Part shown: positions 43,572-53,601 of the stretch, in pieces
How positions within the stretch are numbered: position 1 is the stretch's first letter
Layout: every line of letters starts with the position of its first letter
From: a virus
Direction: 5' to 3' (one strand)
IMG/VR virus record: IMGVR_UViG_2731639221_000003
Location: 3,072-67,071 of that record
Length of the DNA: 64,000 nt
Program-made: the position numbers and the translations under genes
The notes under the pieces: generated by a model
Database searches by the model: none
What the model was told of the DNA's origin: nothing
What the model saw: the letters and a program-made list of their open reading frames with translations, nothing else

Positions 43572-46553
43572 ATGCTACACTTATACTCGAAAGACGGAAA
43601 AATACAGAAAGCCGAGATACATAAGTTTACCTATCAGGGGACTTTCTTAGGCGAGTGCTTCGTTTCGGCTAAAATAGAAACGGAGTACCCTGTTTATTTC
43701 GAGATCGGAGATTATTTTGACTATCGGGGAGAAAGGTTTACACTGAACTATATCCCAGCCAAACAGAAACAAGCCCGAAAAGGAACATACGGCTCTGCCT
43801 TCGTTTACGACAATATCAAATTTAACTCGCTTGCCGACGAACTGACACGGGTTGAATTTCTGGACGTTGTATTGCAGGACAACGGCATCCATTATACAAG
43901 TCTGCCCGACTTTTCTTTCTATGCAAACAATGTAAAAGACTTGGCAGACCGCATACAAGCAAATTTGAACCGAGTATATAGCGGTGCGGAACAATGGGTC
44001 GTGATCGTATCAAATGATATTATTACCAAAGACAAGGTTATCAATGTCAGCAAAATAAACTGTTGGGATGCAGTGGCACTGGCAAGCTCGGAGTTCGGGG
44101 TAAACTTTATTGTCAGAAACCGAACTATCACCATCGGTACGGCTGGTATGGCGGTGGGTAAGGTATTCGGCTACGGAAAAGGGAAAGGGTTGTATGATAT
44201 ACAGCAAACAACGAATGAGGATGCACTGATTATTACACGCCTGAGAGCCTATGGAAACACCCGAAATATCCCCAACCGATATTATAACAAGATCAAAAAA
44301 GCGAACGGTCAGCCCTATATTTCTGACGGGGTATATATCCCTAATCTGATGCTGCCTTCTTTCCCTTATACCATTGCTGACCCTGCGAAGGTATTTATCG
44401 ACTCCCCGAAAATGGCAGAATACGGCTTGCGGGAAGGCTCTGTTCACTTCGATGGCTCGGACGATCTGCCCGACATCTTTCCGTCACTGGAGGGCATGAC
44501 AAAGCAGCAACTTTCGGATGCAGGAATATATGTCTCTCTCCAAAATGGGGATAACGGAAATATAGACGAGTGCCTGAGTGCCGATAATCCCACCGATAGC
44601 GGCGAACTGCCCGAAGAAGGAAGCGGAGAGATACCCGCCGAGTTTACCATTTACCTGAAAGATTTGGGTTTCGACCTGTCCGAAAAAGACAATAACAAGC
44701 AATATAAATTTGCTACTTCGGACACGATGCAGATAAGCATGACAAGCGGTATGTGTGCCGGACGTATATTCGATGTGATGGATAACGGCATAGTCAAAGA
44801 TACGGTTCAGGGGTTTACTCGTTATAAAATAACCTGTAAACGTTTTACGGACGACACCATAGCAGGGGGAACGGCTTTTCCGAACAACTTATATAAAGTA
44901 AACGCAGGGGATAAGTTTGTCATTCTCGGTATTGAAATGCCTGATGTCTATGTAAAGGCGGCAGCTCAGCGATTACAGATGGCAGCAAAAGACTATCTGC
45001 CCCTACACGATGAAACGAAATATACTTATACCCCGAAGATCGACGAAATCTTTATGGCAAATAACCCCGCTATCGGGGAGAGCATCAAAGAGGGCGATAT
45101 ACTCAATTTTGACGATACCGACCTAGAGATTGATGCTTCGGTCATTATTCAGACCTTAAAAATAGAAGTGGGTGCGAAGTTAGTTCCCACTTACGAAGTG
45201 ACATTAAGCAACGAACGAGTAACAGGGGCAATCGAAAAAATGCAGAACGCTATCTCTCAACTGGCTTCGAACAATACAGGGATAACAATAGACCAAGTAA
45301 AATCGCTGATTGCGTCCTATGGCACTAAGTATTTCCTAAGCCGTGTATTTGACGATACAGCAGAAGGGAATATTACATTTGTTCAAAACGTATCGGTGGA
45401 AAAGGAATTAACGGTATTCGATACGGTCACGGCAAAAAAAGATGTCGTTTCCAATCAGTTCGGGAACTCAACCTTTACTTCGGGACAATTCGGCTCCGGC
45501 TTTCGTGTGTGGCAGAACCCGAACAACGGGCAGTCATACGGCGAGATTGATAATTTAATGGTACGCCGTGATACAATTTTCAACAGGCTGACAATTGCAG
45601 ATATAAAAAGCGTCGGCGGTCAGATATTGTTATCTCTCGCAAATATGTTATGTTCGGATGTGATAACACAGGCTGATGGTTTTGTATGCTATTTCGATAC
45701 AGCAGAAGGAACTATTATTAATCAGTTTGCCCTTAACGACCAAGTAATCTGCCGACGATTCAACGGACAGAATATTAAATACTACTGGCGAAGGGTCACG
45801 GCTATCGGAACAGACTATTTAAAACTATCGAAAACGGATGCTGACGGATCTGGTGTACCCACAAAAGGCGACGAAATGATACAGTTCGGAAACCGTACCG
45901 ACGCAAACAGGCAGTCGGCTATCCTGATTTCGGCTTACGGCTTCGATGCACCGAGCTTCAAGCAGTATGCAGGGATTAACAGCTACGATCTGACAGGAAA
46001 AGAAGTCACTGCAATTACACCTTCGGGGAATAAGTTTACAGGTACTTTCGAGGTAAAAAGCGGCAACCAAAGCATAAGAGTACCAGCAGATCGGGGAACA
46101 TGGTCTAACGGAATGGTCTGCTATTACTACGACCGTGTATCGTATAACGGGGCATTATGGCTCTGTATTGTTCCCGACGGACAAACGACTACTGAAATAC
46201 CTTCCCTTAGTTCTGCGTATTGGCAGAAGCAAGTAGCAGAAGGCAAATCGCTGCGTCTGGAGAAATTCGCTACACCGAGCTACGAGTTTTACAGACCGAG
46301 CCAACCATATAACGCAACAATCAGTGTCCGTGTATTCGAATCGGACGAGGATATAACACCTGACATGGATATTCACCAATTCAAATGGGAACGTATTTCT
46401 GAGAATACGTTGAACGACCCGACTTGGAACGAACTTCATGTGAATGCGGGGAATACTGTAACCCTGACAGAACAGGACTTATCCGGCGACACGACATTCG
46501 TATGCACGTTTCTTGACTTAATACAAAACAAAACACTAACAGCAAAATTCTAA
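43572..46553 (+). CDS. Tail hub / minor tail protein (Tal-like)
   Basis: 993 aa; IITRLRAYGNTRNIP, YGKGKGLY; follows the Dit-like gene. Confidence 0.8.
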   Translation: MLHLYSKDGKIQKAEIHKFTYQGTFLGECFVSAKIETEYPVYFEIGDYFDYRGERFTLNYIPAKQKQARKGTYGSAFVYDNIKFNSLADELTRVEFLDVVLQDNGIHYTSLPDFSFYANNVKDLADRIQANLNRVYSGAEQWVVIVSNDIITKDKVINVSKINCWDAVALASSEFGVNFIVRNRTITIGTAGMAVGKVFGYGKGKGLYDIQQTTNEDALIITRLRAYGNTRNIPNRYYNKIKKANGQPYISDGVYIPNLMLPSFPYTIADPAKVFIDSPKMAEYGLREGSVHFDGSDDLPDIFPSLEGMTKQQLSDAGIYVSLQNGDNGNIDECLSADNPTDSGELPEEGSGEIPAEFTIYLKDLGFDLSEKDNNKQYKFATSDTMQISMTSGMCAGRIFDVMDNGIVKDTVQGFTRYKITCKRFTDDTIAGGTAFPNNLYKVNAGDKFVILGIEMPDVYVKAAAQRLQMAAKDYLPLHDETKYTYTPKIDEIFMANNPAIGESIKEGDILNFDDTDLEIDASVIIQTLKIEVGAKLVPTYEVTLSNERVTGAIEKMQNAISQLASNNTGITIDQVKSLIASYGTKYFLSRVFDDTAEGNITFVQNVSVEKELTVFDTVTAKKDVVSNQFGNSTFTSGQFGSGFRVWQNPNNGQSYGEIDNLMVRRDTIFNRLTIADIKSVGGQILLSLANMLCSDVITQADGFVCYFDTAEGTIINQFALNDQVICRRFNGQNIKYYWRRVTAIGTDYLKLSKTDADGSGVPTKGDEMIQFGNRTDANRQSAILISAYGFDAPSFKQYAGINSYDLTGKEVTAITPSGNKFTGTFEVKSGNQSIRVPADRGTWSNGMVCYYYDRVSYNGALWLCIVPDGQTTTEIPSLSSAYWQKQVAEGKSLRLEKFATPSYEFYRPSQPYNATISVRVFESDEDITPDMDIHQFKWERISENTLNDPTWNELHVNAGNTVTLTEQDLSGDTTFVCTFLDLIQNKTLTAKF

Positions 46554-46558
46554 CTCAC

Positions 46559-47602
46559 ATGGCAGTATTAGCACAACAACAATTTACTATCAGGCGATTG
46601 ATTGACGGGAAAACACTAAACTTTCTGTTACAATCCAATCAGGCACTTACTCAAATCTACACGCCCGATCCAGCGACTTATACGCCCAATTGGGCGACAA
46701 CGAACTTAAAAATTACACCTGACCTTTTAGTTTCAGGGGAAACAGGAACACAGATCGCACGTTTAAAAGCCGCCCCGACATGGAAGATAAACGGAAGTAC
46801 TACGCTTACAACTTTCGGGGCTACCGCAGCGACTACCGCACCCTACGCCCTGACGATCAATAAAAATATGGATTCAGTGAATCAGTTGGTAATCGAGTGT
46901 AACGCTATTTACGTTCAGCCCGTTTCTTTGGCAGAAATGCCTGTTTCGGCGACTATGACCTTTACAAAAGTTGCCAACACAGGGGCAAGTATTATAGCCG
47001 TATGTACGGCGGCTGACGGTGTGATTTTCAAAAACAGCAGCATCACTTCGCTATCGGCTGAGTGCGATATGTGGCGGGGTGCTGAGATCGACAGTACAAA
47101 CGTAACTTATCGCTGGTTTATCAAGACTTCGGGGGCTTATGTGGAATTAACTTCGGCAAACGCAGCTACATATAACGTTGCAGGCTACACGACACGAAAG
47201 ATCACAATTCCCAATAGTGCAGTACTAAATTATGCGACATTCAAATGCACAATAAAGGACACTGACACGGGAAGCTCGACCTATAACAAGGAAGTAACGG
47301 ACACGATTTCATTTATAGATATGAGTGACCCGTATGATATTCGTATGGATTTTCCACTTGGAAACGGTATTTCGACAGGGGCTTCTATAACCGCTAAAAT
47401 AGACGTGTATCAGGGGGCAACTAAAATGGCTGATACTTTCTTTACAGGTAAGACATGCCGATTTTTCCGTAACAATGCAAGTGGAGTCCTTGATACGACT
47501 TGGGGTACGAGTGGATATAAAACGGGACGTTCAATTACTTTAACAGAAGCTGATCTGCTTTCTACTTATCAGACGGTTTTCGGGGTAGAACTCAATGGAT
47601 AA
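46559..47602 (+). CDS. Minor tail protein with Ig-like beta modules
   Basis: Thr-rich beta protein in the tail module; N-terminus resembles that of 47690..51019. Confidence 0.7.
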   Translation: MAVLAQQQFTIRRLIDGKTLNFLLQSNQALTQIYTPDPATYTPNWATTNLKITPDLLVSGETGTQIARLKAAPTWKINGSTTLTTFGATAATTAPYALTINKNMDSVNQLVIECNAIYVQPVSLAEMPVSATMTFTKVANTGASIIAVCTAADGVIFKNSSITSLSAECDMWRGAEIDSTNVTYRWFIKTSGAYVELTSANAATYNVAGYTTRKITIPNSAVLNYATFKCTIKDTDTGSSTYNKEVTDTISFIDMSDPYDIRMDFPLGNGISTGASITAKIDVYQGATKMADTFFTGKTCRFFRNNASGVLDTTWGTSGYKTGRSITLTEADLLSTYQTVFGVELNG

Positions 47603-47605
47603 ACA

Positions 47606-47651
47606 CCTCTCCCAACCACCTCACCCCAGCCCTCTCCAAAAGAGAGGGGGC
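47606..47651. repeat. REP-like palindrome CCTCACCCCAGCCCTCTCC-AAAA-GAGAGGGGG
   Basis: C-rich leader plus hairpin after the stop codon. Confidence 0.5.
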
Positions 47652-47689
47652 TTTAATTACTTACAAATAACCTTGACACAAATAATACT

Positions 47690-50600
47690 ATGGCTCTTAT
47701 AGCACAGGGACAATTTACGATTAAAAGAGCAGCAAAGGACGGGCAATATACGGTAAACCAATATGCGAAAAGCACATCGGATGCGGTAGCCCCTGCGAGT
47801 GGGTGGGCTTCGAGTCCTCCTACCTTAGTGGCGGGCGAATACCTTTGGATGCGAACAGGTTTGGTTATACCTCCAGCCACTACACCTACAAGCTGGACGT
47901 TACCCGTCAGGATTAGCGGCGACAAGGGTAATCAGGGCGATGCGGGGACACTCAATTATATTGAATGGAAAGATTCATGGACTGTCGGCAATTCAGCAAT
48001 TGCAGGATGGGGAAACAACGGTACAACCGATGAAAACATTCGTGAAATGGGTAAAAATCCATTCGGTTTACAATCTATGCTCTGGAAATGTATTCCCAAT
48101 TTGGACGGGAACGCTGCCGGCGGTTGGGTTACAAATCCCATTCTGCTGGATACAAAATATGCTTACCGTTACTCGGTATTCGTCAAAAAAGTGAAATCAG
48201 GAACTACCTATCACGGATGTTATGAAGTAGTGAACCTTAACGGCACGGCAAATACGAATCCTTACTTCTGGTCTGGTACTACTCTGAGAACGAATGAATG
48301 GTTTTTAATGGTGGGTATCATTCATCCGTATGCTGTAACTACTAATAGCGGAATAGGCGGAGTTTACGATATGGCAGGGCGTTTGTTTTCAAGTGGAACT
48401 GATTATAAATTCAACGCTTCTAACCAAGCGGTAAGGTTCAGGTCGTATTTGTTCTATTCGAGCGATGCGACGGATTTGCAATATTTTTTCAATCCGATGG
48501 TGCATCGGCTCGATGGGACAGAACCGAGTATTAATGATCTGTTACAGGTTCAGACCGCTTCGGTTGTCGATACTTCATTCAAGGTGCTGGACGATAAGAT
48601 TATTACAAAAGCGAACCAAACGGATTTTACAGCCTTACAAGGCAGGGTTACTTCGGCTGAATCGACCATCGTACAACAGGGAACTAAAATTGAATCGACC
48701 GTTACAAAAGTAGACGGAAAGAACGCTGTTTATAAGTCGCTGACATCGGGTACGACGGACAGACCCGTTATACCTTACGCAAAGAATGACCTTTGGATAA
48801 CATATACGGGTGAAATAAAGCAAAGCACGGTGACACGGCTTACAGGGTCTTTTACTGATTCGGATTGGATAGCAACCACAAAATATACAGACGATACGGC
48901 AGCCACCAACGCACAAAACACAGCCGTAAAGAAAATACGTTATATCCGGGACTGGCTGAACGGCAGTACCGCCAACACGGGCAACCATTGGGTGCAGATT
49001 ATGGCTCTAAATACGGCGGGAACAAATGTTGCACTGAATAAGACCGTATCGGGGGATTCGACCAATACACGCATAACCAACGGTAGTACTGACTCAGCTT
49101 CTTATGTGTCAGTAGCAGAAGGGCTGAGATATGTTGTCGTAGATTTAGGTGCGGTATCTGAAATATCGAAAGTGAAAGTATGGCACTATAACCTAGACAG
49201 CAGGACATACTATAAAACAAAAACCGAAGCCTCTGCCGATGGCATAAACTGGTTTCCGTTGTTTGACTCGGCAATCGAGGGGACATATAAAGAATCGACG
49301 GCTGGCAGGACGTATTATGTAAGGGACTATGATAATAACGCTGTTTCGGGACTGAGAAACCGCACCTATTACTCTGATGCCACACCCGCAGTTCCCGAAG
49401 TGGGGCATAAGGAAGGCGATTTGTGGTATAAAATCAGCCTGACAAACGGTTGCTATACTACTTACAGGTGGAACGGCTCGGCATGGGCGGTTATCAACGA
49501 ATATGTGTCGAAAGCCCAACAGACAATAACAGATACCTCGATCACGAACCTTGTTACAAAAACGGGTATCAATTCACTGGGTACGGGCGAGACTCTGATT
49601 TCGAAGATAAACCAGACAGCAGACAATATTACCCTTGAAGTGGGAAAGGTACAGATCGGGGGAAGGAATTTACTTTTAAATTCGAATTTCGTTGTTTCCC
49701 CGGACTTTACAAGCTGGGGAACAAATGGGGGTACTAGGACTATCGAAGCCGATGCAACTTTCGGGAAAGTGACGAAAATAGTGGCTACGGGGGGTAGTCA
49801 GGGGATATATCAAAATCCGGCTACAAGGCGGACTTCGGGCAAGAACTATGTTATTTCGGGGTATATGAAAGCGGCAGCCAATATGAATGTGTCTTTTTCG
49901 CATGAAGGGGGTACAGGATCGAAGGCTTTTGCGGTAACTACCGCTTGGCAGCGTTTCGAAACGCAGGGTACGTGGACGAGTGGCGGCAGCGTATGTTTCT
50001 ATTCGGGCGGGGCGGGTACTTTTTATCTGGCAAACTTGCAATACGAGGAAGGAACAAAATCGTCGGCATGGTCGCCAGCACCCGAAGATATACCTCATAT
50101 AGCGGGGTCGGCACTTAGTATATCCGATAATAAAATAATACTTGCAAGTAGTTCTATCATAATGAAAGGTACAGCTATTACAGAAGCTATTAAAGCACAG
50201 ACTGCACAATTCGGGGGCTTTACGGTTAGTGGGGACAGGTTCGAGTCGATAGCCAAGACAGACAATGTGCCTAACTTGTTCCTTGACGGAAAAAACGGAA
50301 CTGCATTTTTGAGAGGTGGTTTGCTGACTCCGTTTAAAAACGGGACATACAGGCTAAATTCAGGCGGTGGTGCGACTTTTTCGACATACGGTTTGCAGGA
50401 CAACAACAATGTAGTGATAACAGGTGATACACTGGGTTGGACGATTGCTTTTGTTGTGCCATTTACAAAGGAATATAATGGTTTTCGTGCAACGATCATT
50501 AATGAAAAGTTCGAGAGCAAAACACCTGTTGGGAATATATCGGCATCTGCTCCGAATGGTATGTATTTTTTTGAGAACGGGGTCAAAAAAACGGAACTAA

Positions 50601-51019
50601 CTATACAGAAATACGAAGGGGTGGATATGATCGGCTATGGTGAAGGGAATAACTTTTACGGATGGATAATTTTGAATAGGTTCAATACGAACTCCTATAA
50701 TCAGTCTGGGTTCGGACTGAAACTGTATAATATCGGTATGGTAAGAAGCGGTACGATAATCAAACAGACGACTCCTGACCCGATTTCGAGTATTACCCGT
50801 GTGTCGGAAGGTAGGTATAAGTTGACTTTCCAGACCCCATTCTCCAGTGCAAATAATTATATAGTTTTCTTAACGTGTGAAACAACTTCATATATGGGGC
50901 GTTTTGCGAATGTGACCGCCAAGACGACGACTTATTTTGAGGTGTACACAGGTGACGACTCGACACCGAACGACGGGGATTTCAATTTTATGGTGGTTTC
51001 TACATTGAACTGGACATAA
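47690..51019 (+). CDS. Tail fibre / receptor-binding protein with carbohydrate-binding modules
   Basis: 1109 aa; F5/8-type-C-like VVVDLGAVSEISKVKVWHY...S.DG..W; CBM4/9-like GGRNLLLNSNF...LQYEEGTKSSAWSPAPED. Confidence 0.8.
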   Translation: MALIAQGQFTIKRAAKDGQYTVNQYAKSTSDAVAPASGWASSPPTLVAGEYLWMRTGLVIPPATTPTSWTLPVRISGDKGNQGDAGTLNYIEWKDSWTVGNSAIAGWGNNGTTDENIREMGKNPFGLQSMLWKCIPNLDGNAAGGWVTNPILLDTKYAYRYSVFVKKVKSGTTYHGCYEVVNLNGTANTNPYFWSGTTLRTNEWFLMVGIIHPYAVTTNSGIGGVYDMAGRLFSSGTDYKFNASNQAVRFRSYLFYSSDATDLQYFFNPMVHRLDGTEPSINDLLQVQTASVVDTSFKVLDDKIITKANQTDFTALQGRVTSAESTIVQQGTKIESTVTKVDGKNAVYKSLTSGTTDRPVIPYAKNDLWITYTGEIKQSTVTRLTGSFTDSDWIATTKYTDDTAATNAQNTAVKKIRYIRDWLNGSTANTGNHWVQIMALNTAGTNVALNKTVSGDSTNTRITNGSTDSASYVSVAEGLRYVVVDLGAVSEISKVKVWHYNLDSRTYYKTKTEASADGINWFPLFDSAIEGTYKESTAGRTYYVRDYDNNAVSGLRNRTYYSDATPAVPEVGHKEGDLWYKISLTNGCYTTYRWNGSAWAVINEYVSKAQQTITDTSITNLVTKTGINSLGTGETLISKINQTADNITLEVGKVQIGGRNLLLNSNFVVSPDFTSWGTNGGTRTIEADATFGKVTKIVATGGSQGIYQNPATRRTSGKNYVISGYMKAAANMNVSFSHEGGTGSKAFAVTTAWQRFETQGTWTSGGSVCFYSGGAGTFYLANLQYEEGTKSSAWSPAPEDIPHIAGSALSISDNKIILASSSIIMKGTAITEAIKAQTAQFGGFTVSGDRFESIAKTDNVPNLFLDGKNGTAFLRGGLLTPFKNGTYRLNSGGGATFSTYGLQDNNNVVITGDTLGWTIAFVVPFTKEYNGFRATIINEKFESKTPVGNISASAPNGMYFFENGVKKTELTIQKYEGVDMIGYGEGNNFYGWIILNRFNTNSYNQSGFGLKLYNIGMVRSGTIIKQTTPDPISSITRVSEGRYKLTFQTPFSSANNYIVFLTCETTSYMGRFANVTAKTTTYFEVYTGDDSTPNDGDFNFMVVSTLNWT

Positions 51020-51060
51020 AAAAAGAGAAGGGCAGACTCGTTAAAGCTGCCCTTATCTCG
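51020..51060 (+). terminator. Terminator-like hairpin after the fibre gene
   Basis: AAGGGCAG/CTGCCCTT inverted repeat. Confidence 0.55.
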
Positions 51061-51477
51061 CTCTCCGTATATGGGTTAACAATAATATAATGTGAGAATA
51101 TAGCCGTAAGGTGTTTTTTTCCTCTTACTTTCTCTAGGGAATGGTTTTAGTGCATTTGGAGCAATAAATAGAGAAAAATCGAGGTTTTAATGCTTAATCT
51201 TTTCATTATTAATTCTGATTGTTAACTTACCGGAGAATCCTCTCCTCCATCACAGTTTATTTAATTTTGTTGGTTTTTTAGAAAGAGTGTCCTCCGTAGT
51301 GTTAGAGAGGACACCCTAACTGGTCTTGTTTACAGCAATTTCTGCTTTAGGTTATCGCTTAGACATTGTAAACTGTAAAAGACCTCTGGTTTAGAGCAAT
51401 TGATTGATAAATAATTGGTTGTGTTCCTGATAAAATATTAGATTTAAAATAAGTGAGAATTGGTTGTTTAACTATAA

Positions 51478-51762
51478 TTAATTTCCGTCCATAAATAGGT
51501 AGGACTCGGTACATATATTATTCTTAAAACGACATGTCAGGGTAGATTCAGATAAAGGTATTTCCAATTCTTTATATTCGTTATCTTTATCTGTCCTAAT
51601 GCACCTGTAATTTTGGTATATGCCAATTACTACATCCAAAGTCAGCCCAATACAATCGGGAACTTTTAAGATTTTTGGCAAAATTAAAACTCTAATTTCT
51701 AGTAGTTTATTTAAAATAACATCTTTTTTTATTGTGCCTTCGGAAAGTTTACCTGTTTCCAT
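51478..51762 (-). CDS. Hypothetical protein, 94 aa, with a long structured leader
   Basis: Own -7 box (52106-52099) and downstream hairpin GTGTCCTC/GAGGACAC near 51287-51314. Confidence 0.55.
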   Translation of the reverse strand: METGKLSEGTIKKDVILNKLLEIRVLILPKILKVPDCIGLTLDVVIGIYQNYRCIRTDKDNEYKELEIPLSESTLTCRFKNNICTESYLFMDGN

Positions 51763-51823
51763 ACAAATAGTAATTAGACCTGTTTATCCTCTATTCTAGG
51801 TTGTTAATAATAATGTTAATAAT

Positions 51824-52106
51824 AAAAAGCGGAGGAACATTAACTATCCTTGCAACATTCGGAAGTCCAATTCCCCACGCAAAAGAATATATCAACGCCC
51901 TCCGCTATTTGCAGAAAGACGTTTATTCTGATTTTGTTACGTGATTAAATCTTTGGACTTTTAAATGTTGCAATCAGAGCTAAACGCTCATTTATATTAA
52001 ATATTTTTACAAATATGAACTGACTCTACAATTCATCTTATGACACAATACTATAATTGAAACGCTACTACACATACCATTTTTTAATATTGCATCCGCA
52101 AATATA
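51824..52106 (-). promoter_or_regulatory. Promoter and leader with interleaved alternative helices
   Basis: 51850-51870 pairs with 51953-51973; 51828-51835 pairs with 51899-51906; TATATTTG on the minus strand at 52106-52099. Confidence 0.55.
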
Positions 52107-52289
52107 TTTTAAGAGTTTGATAATAAATATTATTTTCAAACAATAAATATTATTTGTTATAGAGGTAAATTTATATCTTTATATTTTAATAAAAATATGA
52201 TATGAAATTCGATGTAGTTTGAGCGTATTTTTAGGCTTATGTGACTATTTTTTATTAATTTCGTGGAGAACATTATTTGATAATATATT

Positions 52290-52748
52290 ATGGCAACAGA
52301 TACAGTAGAACAAAAACCTCATCAGGGTGTTAACGTGATGATAAGACGTAAAAGAAAAAATATGTCTCAAGAATCACTCGGTAATCTAATCGGTTTACCA
52401 CAATGTGATATTTCTAAATTAGAAAATCAGGAAGTAATTGAAGAAAAAACATTATCAAAAATTGCTAATGCTTTAGGTTGTTCCTTAGAATCGTTAAGAG
52501 ATTTCGACGTAGACCATGCCATGAACTCCTTTAATTCGACTATAACAGACACTAAGGATAATTCTTTTATCAATAGTGGCTATTCAAACGAAATACATCA
52601 GACATACAACCAAACTTCTCCCGACTTAATAGATTTGTATAAGACCCTTTTACAAGACGAAAAGGATTTGCGGATAAGAGAGGTTCAAACAATGGAAAAG
52701 GAAATTGAATTTTTGAGAGTTCAACTAGCTGAATCTTTGAAAAAGTAA
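52290..52748 (+). CDS. XRE-family HTH regulator with C-terminal coiled coil
   Basis: RRKRKNMSQESLGNLIGLPQCDISKLEN...KIANALG. Confidence 0.85.
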   Translation: MATDTVEQKPHQGVNVMIRRKRKNMSQESLGNLIGLPQCDISKLENQEVIEEKTLSKIANALGCSLESLRDFDVDHAMNSFNSTITDTKDNSFINSGYSNEIHQTYNQTSPDLIDLYKTLLQDEKDLRIREVQTMEKEIEFLRVQLAESLKK

Positions 52749-52865
52749 CAACTATTTTCCCGAATGAACAGCTCAATGGTTATAAACGCTAAAGTTAAAA
52801 AATCAGATAAACTATTGGAATGGCATACTTCTTCCTAAATTTGTAAAGCTAAAATATATAAGATT

Positions 52866-53165
52866 ATGTGTACGATAAGCATAAACGAATTTAATTGCAA
52901 TCCGCAAAAGTATTTTCAAATAGCGGAAACCGAACAAGTAATGATTAAGGACAATGGCAAAGTCTATCAGCTTGTTATGACAATAGATGAAAAAGATTTT
53001 ATTTCCGGCGAAGAATTAAAGGAGCGTGTTCATGCAAGAATAGAACAAATGTACAAGAGCAAAAAGCAGGTAATAACCGAAGAAGATTTGAAAAACTCAT
53101 ATTCGCCAGAGGAGTTCAAAACGGTTATGAAAAAGGAAATTCATAAAATGTTTAGCCAGCAATAG
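52866..53165 (+). CDS. Putative antitoxin with Phd/YefM-like N-terminus
   Basis: TISINEFNCNPQKYFQIAETEQVMIK. Confidence 0.6.
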   Translation: MCTISINEFNCNPQKYFQIAETEQVMIKDNGKVYQLVMTIDEKDFISGEELKERVHARIEQMYKSKKQVITEEDLKNSYSPEEFKTVMKKEIHKMFSQQ

Positions 53166-53168
53166 TAG

Positions 53169-53492
53169 ATGGAAGTTCGTTTTTCTCATGCAACAAGTAT
53201 CTTTCTGAGAGAATTGATACAAATTCTTTACGAAGAAGATTATTTCGGTTTTGAAGAGGCAGCGATAGAGTATGTCAATGATCTGGTCGATGATATTCAG
53301 TCGGGTATTGCCCGTAAGCACAAAAAACCTGCTCCTTCTTATTTTGATAAATACGGTCAAAATATGTATTATGTATCTTATAAGCGAAATAAAAATACAA
53401 CTTGGTATATATTTTTCAACTACTCGGAAGATGTTTATTACATCCGTTACATAGGTAACAACCACACTATATCGCACTATTTGTCAGAATAA
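53169..53492 (+). CDS. Putative RelE/ParE-like toxin
   Basis: MEVRFS...AAIEYVNDLVDDI...TTWYIFF...YYIRYIGNNH; 3 bp after the antitoxin. Confidence 0.6.
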   Translation: MEVRFSHATSIFLRELIQILYEEDYFGFEEAAIEYVNDLVDDIQSGIARKHKKPAPSYFDKYGQNMYYVSYKRNKNTTWYIFFNYSEDVYYIRYIGNNHTISHYLSE

Positions 53493-53503
53493 TTAATTTG
53501 TAG

Positions 53504-53571
53504 TATATTTATACTCATTATAAGAGGCATAAAGCCCGAAACGGAAGTAACATTCCTTTTCGGGCTTTTTT
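53504..53571 (+). promoter_or_regulatory. Late-leader element 5 upstream of the lysis cassette
   Basis: TATATTTA-N11-AGAGGCA-TAA-AGCCCGAA...TTCGGGCTTTTTT. Confidence 0.8.
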
Positions 53572-53601
53572 GTTTTTAACCTTAACACAAACTACAAAAC
53601 T

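Noticed and set aside
51895-51910. CGGAGG in the 51.8-52.1 kb leader as an antisense regulator of the early ACCTCCG motif
   Set aside because: Only 6-7 nt complementarity, already explained by the local AGCGGAGG/CCTCCGCT helix
43572-52300. Diversity-generating retroelement or invertible tail-fibre shufflon
   Set aside because: No reverse transcriptase, no template/variable repeat pair and no invertase or flanking inverted repeats seen near the fibre genes
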